Assembly: GCF_018398935.1 (NCBI RefSeq)
Contig: NZ_CP074694.1
Coordinates: forward strand, 6,360,001 to 6,392,000
DNA: 32,000 bases
Origin: Telmatocola sphagniphila
Lineage (GTDB): Bacteria; Planctomycetota; Planctomycetia; Gemmatales; Gemmataceae
Direction of reading: 5' to 3'
The first letter of the stretch is position 1, and each line of letters begins with the position of its first letter. This document shows positions 1 to 7,137 of the stretch, one piece after another. Made by a program: the position numbers and the translations under genes. The notes below the pieces were generated by a model that saw only the letters and a list, made by a program, of their open reading frames with translations, was not told where the DNA came from and made no database searches.

Positions 1-146
1 AACACCAGGGGAAGAATGCGCATAGTGACTCCTGCGGTGCATGAGAAACGGCATCGAATATCTTAGTGAGGCTGGGGAGTAGGAAAAAAATGCGGAATGC
101 AATTCTCATGACCCTTTCATGGAAAGAGTCAGGGAAGAAGAAAAAA

Positions 147-1199
147 TCAGTCGCCGTAGCGGGATTCCACGCGATCCAGTAATCGATCTTCGAATTTGTC
201 GAGTTCGGTATCCGTGGCTCGCGGGGGCTCGACGGGTGGTCGAGCGTGCTGATTCGGGCGAGGGTTGGGTGCCGGATTTCTTTGCGACGGCGGCGGATTA
301 ACTCCCGTGCCGCGGGGGGCCACTGGGGTGGTGGGACGAGTTGGCCGCGGGCCGTTGCTCTGAACGACCGGTTGAGGCAGAATAATTCGCTCTTGCTTCA
401 TTTCCTCGCCAAAGCGAGTGACCACATAGGTGCCGCTGGTTTTGTGTTTCTCCAGCTCAATGAAGCCCTGCTGCGCGGCGTCTTCCAGCAGTGCTGTGAA
501 AGTTCTATAGCCGTGATATTCTTCGTTGAAGCTCGGCTTCTTCCGCTTCATCGTGTCCTTGATCATGGAAGACCATAGGACTTCCTTATTTTCGCGGCGA
601 AGGGCCAGAAGTGATTCCATGAGAAGGCCCATAACCTTCTTTTTGCTTTCCGGAATCGATTGGCTTAACGAGGCCGAGAGGGTCGGCTTATCGAGATCGT
701 CGTAATAGATGAATTCATCGCAGTTGTCGCGCAGAAGGTCGCTGGTAGCCTCGGCCAAACCGATACCGATAACATGCTTGCCGAGTTCCTTGAGCTTGGA
801 AACCAGTGGTGAAAAATCGCTGTCTCCGGAGACGATACCGAAAGTGTCGATATGGTCCTTGGAGAAGGCGAGATCCATGGCATCGACGCAAAGTCGGATG
901 TCGGCTGAGTTCTTACCGATCTGCGAGCGCTTGGGAATCTCGATCAACTCGAAGGCGGCTTCGTGGAGCATGCCGGTGAAGTTGCCGAATCGAGACCAAT
1001 CGGCGTAGGCCTTCTTGGCTACGATCTTGCCCTTTTCCACCAGCCGTTCCAGGACTTTGGAAACCTGAAAGGTGTCTCGGCGGTTCTTAAGGCCGATACC
1101 GATATTTTCAAAGTCCAGGAATACCGCCAGCGTACGCTCGCCATCCGCCATTCGAGGTGATTTCACAGCATATCTCGTCGAGTGATTGACTTCTGCCAT
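147..1199 (-). CDS. NYN (LabA-like, PIN-fold) nuclease-domain protein with OST-HTH/LOTUS domain and proline-rich C-terminal tail
   Basis: 350-aa ORF. NYN-type motifs are present: LAVFLDFENI, KNSADIRLCVDAMD, IVSGDSDFSPLVSKLKELGKHVIGIG. A central OST-HTH/LOTUS-like segment spans aa ~186-262 (LWSSMIKDTMKRKKPSFNEEYHGYRTFTALLEDAAQQGFIELE). A ~50-aa Pro/Arg/Asn-rich tail follows (nt 219-377). Met17 (nt 1151) is a possible alternative start. Confidence 0.85.
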   Translation of the reverse strand: MAEVNHSTRYAVKSPRMADGERTLAVFLDFENIGIGLKNRRDTFQVSKVLERLVEKGKIVAKKAYADWSRFGNFTGMLHEAAFELIEIPKRSQIGKNSADIRLCVDAMDLAFSKDHIDTFGIVSGDSDFSPLVSKLKELGKHVIGIGLAEATSDLLRDNCDEFIYYDDLDKPTLSASLSQSIPESKKKVMGLLMESLLALRRENKEVLWSSMIKDTMKRKKPSFNEEYHGYRTFTALLEDAAQQGFIELEKHKTSGTYVVTRFGEEMKQERIILPQPVVQSNGPRPTRPTTPVAPRGTGVNPPPSQRNPAPNPRPNQHARPPVEPPRATDTELDKFEDRLLDRVESRYGD

Positions 1200-1347
1200 T
1201 CTACAAAAATTTGATGGGTTTCATCAATGTTCCCGGGCAGGAATTAGCGAAGCCGCACTTTTCGGGGAACGCTTAATCGATTCGACGGGAGTTCTTCAGG
1301 GGCTACAATGGCTACTTCTGGAGCGGAATGCCATATAAGGAAGTAGC

Positions 1348-2199
1348 GTGATACGATATTTGGTAGTACTGGCAGGACTGCTATCTCCCGGCTATGTGCT
1401 GGCCCAGGGAAATTCCACGGAGAGGAAGTATATCTCGACTCCCTGGCATCTGGTCGACACCTGGTGGGATCTCGGCAAAGAAATGCCGTTCGAGAGCTAC
1501 AGCGTCGATGTTACCCTCAGCGATACGGTTAATCCGAAAATTCCCTTGTATATCGCGCCTATCGGACTGGGGCATTTGAACAAAATCCCCTTTTATGGTG
1601 GAATCCAGACTCAATTGGATGGAAATACCAAAAAGGACACCCGGCTGCGCAAGCTGGGACCTGGATTTCTCTTTTCAATGTGGGAAGAACGTCGGCTCGA
1701 GGCAATTCGCCCGGCGGACGGCGGTTTCTGCCAGAGTTCCGGCCACGAAGGAGATTTCGTCAGTGTCCGCCGACCTTATGAGTGGACGAAAGGGAAATAT
1801 ACCTATCGTCTCACCAAAATGGATAAAGAAATGGTCGATGGCCAGCCCGCCACCTGGGTGGGAGCATTCGTCTACAGCCATGAAAAGGACGAAAATATTT
1901 TCGTCGGGGCGCTGCGGTTCAAAGGGGAAAACCTGGTCCTGGATCGCAAAGTCGCCAATTTCGTGGAAATCTACGGACGGGTAATTCCCACCACCGATAT
2001 CCCCCACGTGCAGATTACTTTCGGTAACCTGAAAGTGAACGGTGAAAAAGTGCTTAATCCTACCGCCAGGGCCATTTATCCCAAGGGAGTGCCTGATTTT
2101 GCGGAGGCGACAACCGTGGGTCAATCGCTTCAGGTCACGCTGGGCACGGAAGTAACCAATCGCGAAAAAAGAGACATCAAATTACAATTCAAGGATTGA
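1348..2199 (+). CDS. secreted hypothetical protein (signal peptide; family not confidently recognised)
   Basis: 283-aa ORF with a GTG start and AAGGAAG 5 nt upstream. Sec-type signal peptide MIRYLVVLAGLLSPGYVLAQG. There is only a weak resemblance to DUF3472-like beta-sandwich proteins (GGIQTQ...FLFSMWE). Confidence 0.65.
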   Translation: MIRYLVVLAGLLSPGYVLAQGNSTERKYISTPWHLVDTWWDLGKEMPFESYSVDVTLSDTVNPKIPLYIAPIGLGHLNKIPFYGGIQTQLDGNTKKDTRLRKLGPGFLFSMWEERRLEAIRPADGGFCQSSGHEGDFVSVRRPYEWTKGKYTYRLTKMDKEMVDGQPATWVGAFVYSHEKDENIFVGALRFKGENLVLDRKVANFVEIYGRVIPTTDIPHVQITFGNLKVNGEKVLNPTARAIYPKGVPDFAEATTVGQSLQVTLGTEVTNREKRDIKLQFKD

Positions 2200-2209
2200 G
2201 ACCGAATCT

Positions 2210-2647
2210 ATGAGCCTACTTCCGACTCGAATTTCCATCCTGGCGGCGGAATTCAATAAGTCGATCATCGACACAATGATTTCAGAAGCTCAAAAAACCG
2301 CTCGGGAAGCTGGGATTACGGATATTCGCGTTATCAAAGTTGCCGGCTGCTACGAAATTCCCTTAATCGCGGAACTGGAACTGTCGCAATCCGATACCGG
2401 TATCGTGGTCGCGCTGGGTTACATCGAACGTGGGGAAACTCTGCATGGCGAGGTGATGGGAAACGTGGTGCATCAGGCCTTGGTACAGTTGCAATTGAAG
2501 CATCGCAAGCCGGTGGGAATCGGAATTATCGGCCCGGGGGCGACCGAAGAACAGGCGCAGGCCCGCAAAGTTGACTATGCCCAGGCAGCAGTTAGGGCTT
2601 CGCTTAAGAACTGGTCGCTCCTTCAGGGAAGTCAGAAAAAATCGTGA
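2210..2647 (+). CDS. ribH: 6,7-dimethyl-8-ribityllumazine synthase family protein (divergent)
   Basis: 145-aa ORF that aligns end to end with the DMRL synthase family. Matches: ISILAAEFN (canonical IV..RFN), VKVAGCYEIP (canonical VPGAFE[IL]P), VVALGYIERGETLHGE (canonical LG.VIRG.T.H), KPVGIGII (canonical PV.FGVLT). Several normally conserved positions are substituted. The ATG lies 10 nt after the preceding stop, with AAGGA upstream. Confidence 0.7.
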   Translation: MSLLPTRISILAAEFNKSIIDTMISEAQKTAREAGITDIRVIKVAGCYEIPLIAELELSQSDTGIVVALGYIERGETLHGEVMGNVVHQALVQLQLKHRKPVGIGIIGPGATEEQAQARKVDYAQAAVRASLKNWSLLQGSQKKS

Positions 2648-2675
2648 TTTTGGACCTTCGAAGAAAGAGTGCAGT

Positions 2676-2963
2676 ATGGAATGGAGCTATATCCTCCTGG
2701 GCGCTATCCTCTTCATAGCGGTTAGTTCCTACGGGCAGTTGACCTTCCGACTTGGTCGGTTGGAGAAGAAGCTCAACCTCTTATTGGTGCAATCGGGCAT
2801 CGATCCGAATATCGGCCCTGCACTTTCCGAGAAGGTTCAGGAAATTGCCAGAGATCCGAGCCGGAAGATTGAAGCCATCAAAGCCTACCGGGAAGAAACG
2901 GGCGTTGGACTGGCGGAGGCCAAAGAGGCGGTAGAAGAATTTATGCGGGGCAGTAATCGGTAG
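2676..2963 (+). CDS. small single-pass membrane protein with ribosomal L7/L12 C-terminal-like domain
   Basis: Start placed at ATG 2676; the longer ORF from 2571 overlaps ribH and is rejected. There is an N-terminal TM helix (WSYILLGAILFIAVSSYGQL). The C-terminal KIEAIKAYREETGVGLAEAKEAVEEF matches the hallmark L7/L12 CTD motif (K..VIK.VRE.TGLGLKEAK..VE). Confidence 0.7.
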   Translation: MEWSYILLGAILFIAVSSYGQLTFRLGRLEKKLNLLLVQSGIDPNIGPALSEKVQEIARDPSRKIEAIKAYREETGVGLAEAKEAVEEFMRGSNR

Positions 2964-2984
2964 GGGCTGCGCGAATTGAGTGAA

Positions 2985-3015
2985 CTCACAGGCGGCTGGT
3001 TAGCTCACCTGTGAG
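2985..3015. terminator. stem-loop between convergent genes (possible terminator)
   Basis: CTCACAGG (2985-2992) pairs with CCTGTGAG (3008-3015): an 8-bp stem and 15-nt loop, with no clear U-tract. It sits between the convergent 2676..2963(+) and 3038..3502(-). Confidence 0.25.
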
Positions 3016-3037
3016 GCAGGACGGACTATCGTTCGAT

Positions 3038-3502
3038 TTATTTGGCCTTTTCAACCTTCACCGAGTGGAGGTAAAAGTTCCTGTCGTATTCGTTCTCCTT
3101 GTATTCATCGTTGGTGTAGATCACGCTCAGGCTTACATCGCCCTTTTTCAGCTTGGCGGTCACTTTGTAATCTTTCTGGCTTTCTTCTGGAATTTCCAGA
3201 TTCTCCTTGAGAGTATCCTTGTCGGCTTTGAGAGTGATCAAGGCACCCTTCTTCATGGCTTTGTCGCACGAGGCGCCGAGCGTTATGGTGTATTCGCCAT
3301 CTGCAGGTACTTGGATTTTCAGGATGGCCGAGCCGTTGACGTAGTAGGAGATTTTGCCATCGTCGAATTTCAGGAGATCGGTTGAGGCTCCATTCGCTGG
3401 CTTCAGTTCCGCTTTGCTGAGATCGACCATAATGGCCTCCTCTGCTTTGGTCGAAGCTAAACCCAAAAGCATCGCACAGCACGTAATCAAAAATCGCTTC
3501 AT
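3038..3502 (-). CDS. small secreted hypothetical protein (beta-rich)
   Basis: 154-aa ORF with signal peptide MKRFLITCCAMLLGLASTKA and GAGGGA about 8 nt upstream of the ATG. Alternating beta-strand-like segments are present (YTITLGASCD, VSLSVIYTNDEY, FYLHSVKVE). No family recognised. Confidence 0.65.
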   Translation of the reverse strand: MKRFLITCCAMLLGLASTKAEEAIMVDLSKAELKPANGASTDLLKFDDGKISYYVNGSAILKIQVPADGEYTITLGASCDKAMKKGALITLKADKDTLKENLEIPEESQKDYKVTAKLKKGDVSLSVIYTNDEYKENEYDRNFYLHSVKVEKAK

Positions 3503-3520
3503 AAACGTCCCTCAGAGAGA

Positions 3521-3539
3521 AGTGATTCGGAGAATCACT
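3521..3539. repeat. inverted repeat AGTGATTC-GGA-GAATCACT in divergent promoter region (possible operator or 5'-UTR hairpin)
   Basis: The arms at 3521-3528 and 3532-3539 are perfectly complementary and flanked by direct CTCAGAGA copies (3511-3518 and 3538-3545). The 11-mer GAATCACTCAG recurs at 3673-3683, and AATCACTC recurs again at 3688-3695. Confidence 0.3.
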
Positions 3540-3854
3540 CAGAGATGGTTGAACCTGCAAGAAGTCTAGTAACTCAGGATGCGAAATACCAGAAAAGAGT
3601 CGAATTAAGGGATGGAGCGAATGACGGGATTTGGCTTTACAGTGATCGAAAAAAGTTGCGGAAGACTCTCTCGAATCACTCAGCGGCAATCACTCTTTGC
3701 TGGGCTAGTAAAGCGAATTTTATTTTACATTGGGACTAAAACGCAAAAATTTCACCCGGGGCCTAGAATAACCGGAAAAATTCATAAAAAAGAAGCTCTG
3801 GAATCCGCCCAAGTTCCTGATTATGCCTTCTTCTCCCGTGAGGTTCAGCACAAG

Positions 3855-5597
3855 ATGCTTTCCATTTTTCGCAAGCTGTCTTTAGCAGGCTTGCTCCTAG
3901 TAACTGCTAATTCTGCAAGTAAAGCCACGGACTACACTTGGAATGGTACTTCCGGAAATGGCACTGCTGTCCCCAATCAGGCCAACTTCAGTCAAGCCTC
4001 AAATTGGCTGGGTACGGGAGCTGTGCCGGTCAGCGATGTGAATAACACCCAGCTCTATTTTGGTGGGCCAGGTACTTACACGAACATCAACTGGGATGCA
4101 GGTCCGTCTTTCAGTGCTTATTCGTATATCGTCAATAATCAGGCACCGGGGGACTACAACCTCAACGCAAACACCACAAAGAATCTCGGTATTGGTGCGG
4201 GGGGCATCGCGATTCAGTCCACGGGGACGAGTTCTAACTATCGTCAATTCATAATCGGGAATGGCTTTCTGGGATTGACCGCGGAAGCCACGCAAACCTG
4301 GTCGGCTTCTGCTGCCTACTCAATTATCAATGTTCAGGGCAGCTATAACAATGCGGGCTTCAATACGACGCTCAGCACCGGGTATAACACCTCCTCCATC
4401 GTTTTCGGTCTGGGTTCCGTCATCTCCGGCAGCGGGGGCCTGACGGCGACCGGGCCCGGAACTGTTCAAATCCAGGGCACCTCGAATACTTACACCGGCA
4501 GCACAATCGTTCAGGGCAATGCGATTCTCGATATTTACAATATCGCGAATGGCGGTTCGGTCAGCTCGATCGGGGCCTCCGATTCCAGTGCCAGCAATCT
4601 GGTCCTCCTCGGTGGAACGCTGCAAATTCGCCGGCAGGATCCGGTAAACGCTACCATGTCATCGGATCGCAGTTTTTCCGTGGCCAACGGATCCAGCACG
4701 ATCCTGATCGATGCGAATTCCTATTCCAGCTTTTCTGTATTCCTGACGGGAAATCAGACCACGATTGCTACTGGCAGTACCCTGGTGAAATCGGGTAACG
4801 GTGATCTTTACCTGGGATCGATCAATGCGGCCAGTTCTTCCCCGACAGGGTCCATCGTAGTCACCGGTGGCACGCTTCACATTAGCGGAAATACTGTAAA
4901 TGCGAACTTAACTGTGCAGGGAACGACCGGGGTGCTGGCCGGAGGTAACACAGGCGGTCAAGGCTACAACGGTACCATCTACCCCAATGTCGGAAGCATC
5001 CCCGCTTCGTACTACAGTCCCTCGGCTGGTGAAAATGTCATTTACGGGACGGTCTATGTTAACGGTGGCACGTTGGCTCCCGGGAATATCGGATCGGGTG
5101 CCTCCAACCATCTGACAATGAGCGTGGCAAACAGCGTAACTTTCGCGAATGCGAATGCGACCTTTGCCGTGGGGCTGGGCGGCAACTCACCCCAAGGAGG
5201 TTCCGGCTCGGATTTTTACAGCCAACTCCGCGTTTACAACTCCGCGGTCTCGCTGGGAAATGCAACCTTGCAGGCGATTCTCTACTACACGCCAGGTGTC
5301 AACGATCAGTTGTACATCATCAACAATCGCGGGGGCACCACGACTGGAACTTTTAACGGCTTGCCCCAAGGCGCGACCATCACGATCTCTGCCGTCGGGG
5401 CGGCGGCCAGCGCTTATACGGCACAGATTTCCTACACGGGGAATGAAGCTCTGGGCACTCTAACCGGGGGTAACGACGTGGTTCTGTATAACTTCAGCCC
5501 GGTTCCTGAACCGGCCATGCTGCTGTCGGTTGTGGCCCTGGGAGCTGGCTTCTTTGGGATCCTGCGCCGTCGTCGAACAGCCACCGCCTCGATCTGA
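3855..5597 (+). CDS. PEP-CTERM sorting-domain protein with autotransporter-associated beta-strand (PATR-type) repeats
   Basis: Start placed at ATG 3855, which yields signal peptide MLSIFRKLSLAGLLLVTANSASKA; the in-frame upstream 81 codons are rejected. The body is Gly/Asn/Ser/Thr-rich with repeats GGLTATGPGTVQIQGTSNTYTGSTIVQGNAIL and LVKSGNGDLYLGS...GSIVVTGGTLHISGNT. The C-terminus is VPEP (5502-5513) + AMLLSVVALGAGFFGIL + RRRR, a PEP-CTERM signal. Confidence 0.9.
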   Translation: MLSIFRKLSLAGLLLVTANSASKATDYTWNGTSGNGTAVPNQANFSQASNWLGTGAVPVSDVNNTQLYFGGPGTYTNINWDAGPSFSAYSYIVNNQAPGDYNLNANTTKNLGIGAGGIAIQSTGTSSNYRQFIIGNGFLGLTAEATQTWSASAAYSIINVQGSYNNAGFNTTLSTGYNTSSIVFGLGSVISGSGGLTATGPGTVQIQGTSNTYTGSTIVQGNAILDIYNIANGGSVSSIGASDSSASNLVLLGGTLQIRRQDPVNATMSSDRSFSVANGSSTILIDANSYSSFSVFLTGNQTTIATGSTLVKSGNGDLYLGSINAASSSPTGSIVVTGGTLHISGNTVNANLTVQGTTGVLAGGNTGGQGYNGTIYPNVGSIPASYYSPSAGENVIYGTVYVNGGTLAPGNIGSGASNHLTMSVANSVTFANANATFAVGLGGNSPQGGSGSDFYSQLRVYNSAVSLGNATLQAILYYTPGVNDQLYIINNRGGTTTGTFNGLPQGATITISAVGAAASAYTAQISYTGNEALGTLTGGNDVVLYNFSPVPEPAMLLSVVALGAGFFGILRRRRTATASI

Positions 5598-5623
5598 CCG
5601 AGCATTCGCAAATTCGAATTTCC

Positions 5624-5660
5624 AACGGCAGATTCCGATCGGAATCTGCCGTTACTTTTT
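5624..5660. terminator. strong stem-loop terminator shared by convergent genes
   Basis: AACGGCAGATTCC (5624-5636) / GATC loop / GGAATCTGCCGTT (5641-5653) form a perfect 13-bp stem, followed by ACTTTTT on the + strand. The right arm overlaps the stop codon of the minus-strand gene by 2 nt. Confidence 0.6.
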
Positions 5661-6794
5661 GGGCAGTGGCTTGTTCGTTTGATTCAGAAGCGTTTCGTAA
5701 AGTTTTAAGAAGTCTTTGAGCGGTACGGAAAAAACACCGGAGACGGTGGAGTAGCCGAACTTGATTCCGTCCGGCCCTTTGGGTTCCAGTTTATTGCCCC
5801 AAGGATTCCAGAGTGTCACCATATCCGTGGCAGTGTTGTAATCCACAATCCCGTAGGCATGTCCCGTGGCGATACCGGGAGTCGCGTCCTCCTTTTTAGT
5901 ATGCGAAGTCGTGGCACATGCGATGATCTTATCCTTGTGCACGGCCGTCAAAACGCGGCGCACCTCGGCCTCCACTTTTGCACGCTCTTTCGTATCCGCC
6001 GGCTGCAGATGAGTTGATTCCACACTGTGCCCGGTCAGCATCTGAATGATTTTTGCCGTGGTGCCGCCCGAACTGATCAGGTCCATGGCGACCGCGGATT
6101 TCTTTCCCGTCAGCGTCCTCAACTCCATGGCGCAAGCTTCTTCCATCATATTTAGCCAGAGACCTTGCTCACCCGCTGAAGAACCGAGTGCGATTTGCAC
6201 CTCGGTCAGCTTCGGCACGCGCACCGGTTTCACGCCCGGAAAGTTCACCAGACAACTGCCGTCAATAATTTGATCGATCATCCCCTTCAGTCGATTGGGA
6301 TGCTGAGTGACGAATATCCCGATGGGGGCAATGACGAAGCAATCGCCCAGCCGACCCTGGCTGATTCCCTCTCGTTTGGGGGCATCTTTAGCGAAGAGTT
6401 CCTTCGGGGCATTCTGAATGTGTTTTCGATAGCGGGAAAAGGCCTGCTCCAGATTTACGGGTTTTGTCAACTGATCGCGCCGTTCGTCAGAATCCATGAT
6501 TTTGCTCGTTTGAAGCAGTGCGGATTCCTCCACGGAAGTGACATTATTCTGGGCTCTAAAGTAAAGGTGCAAGGCCGCGACAGCCGCGGCGTCATCGCCA
6601 TGAATCCGAGGGTTATTCACGAGAGAATTCACTCGATCCGCGGTGATTTTTCCCGTGGGTAGATCTTTGGTCCAACTTTCGTAACGGGCTTTTAGAACAT
6701 CCTCGAAGCTAACCTTCGGTTCTTTCGCGGCCTGAGCATAGAGGAGGCTGGGATAAAAAACAAATAGTAATGCCAAAGTAGGAGACAGCTTCAT
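5652..6794 (-). CDS. secreted calpain-like cysteine peptidase (peptidase C2 family core)
   Basis: 380-aa ORF with signal peptide MKLSPTLALLFVFYPSLLYAQA and GAGGA upstream of the ATG. A calpain-type triad is present in canonical order and spacing: GRLGDCFVIAPIG (Cys152), ATGHAYGIVDY (His312), LWNPWGN (Asn330). Confidence 0.8.
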   Translation of the reverse strand: MKLSPTLALLFVFYPSLLYAQAAKEPKVSFEDVLKARYESWTKDLPTGKITADRVNSLVNNPRIHGDDAAAVAALHLYFRAQNNVTSVEESALLQTSKIMDSDERRDQLTKPVNLEQAFSRYRKHIQNAPKELFAKDAPKREGISQGRLGDCFVIAPIGIFVTQHPNRLKGMIDQIIDGSCLVNFPGVKPVRVPKLTEVQIALGSSAGEQGLWLNMMEEACAMELRTLTGKKSAVAMDLISSGGTTAKIIQMLTGHSVESTHLQPADTKERAKVEAEVRRVLTAVHKDKIIACATTSHTKKEDATPGIATGHAYGIVDYNTATDMVTLWNPWGNKLEPKGPDGIKFGYSTVSGVFSVPLKDFLKLYETLLNQTNKPLPKK

Positions 6795-7137
6795 GATGTC
6801 CTCGACGGAAAATGGTCAGGAGCAGCCGCTTGAAGATTCGGATTCCATTTGATTTCGGCGGGCCGTTATTCGAGAACGATTTAATTTCGTTTACTTGCGA
6901 ATTAACTCGCCGCTGAGATGGCCTTAGCCTGAAAAATACGAACGATCCACCTCAATTGTTCCGGTATGAGCTTCGAGTGACGAAAATTGGAATCGATGCA
7001 ATCGCGAGAAGAAGCTCCCGCGAGCTCCCCCGCGGATCCACTTGCAGACTCTCATAATTCGCTTTTCGATTGCATCCTCCCGAACGATTCGCTACGCTTG
7101 AATTCACACTCCTTAGGCTTTTTTCGGGAAGAATTTC

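Noticed and set aside
1-23. Possible start of a minus-strand gene (ATGCGCATTCTTCCCCTGGTG, with GGAG 7 nt upstream) leaving the window
   Set aside because: Only 7 codons are visible, which is not enough to support a call.
2100-2209. FMN riboswitch expected upstream of a ribH-like gene
   Set aside because: The gene starts 10 nt after the preceding stop, and the upstream sequence is coding, so there is no room for a ~150-nt aptamer.
2571-2675. Longer start for the L7/L12-like small protein, overlapping the 3' end of ribH by 77 nt
   Set aside because: The extension is Arg-rich and out of character. ATG 2676 gives a sensible TM-first protein 28 nt after the ribH stop.
3612-3854. 81-codon in-frame extension upstream of the PEP-CTERM gene
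   Set aside because: A clean Sec signal peptide begins at Met82 (ATG 3855). The extension has no signal or TM character and would bury the signal peptide internally.
6795-7137. 343-nt divergent intergenic region with small ORFs (6952..7143 minus, 6987..7229 plus) and a GCTCCCGCG / GCTCCCCCGCG near-repeat
   Set aside because: The small ORFs have no SD, signal or motif, and one overlaps the propeller gene start. The near-repeat is short and GC-rich. The region is most simply a shared promoter region.
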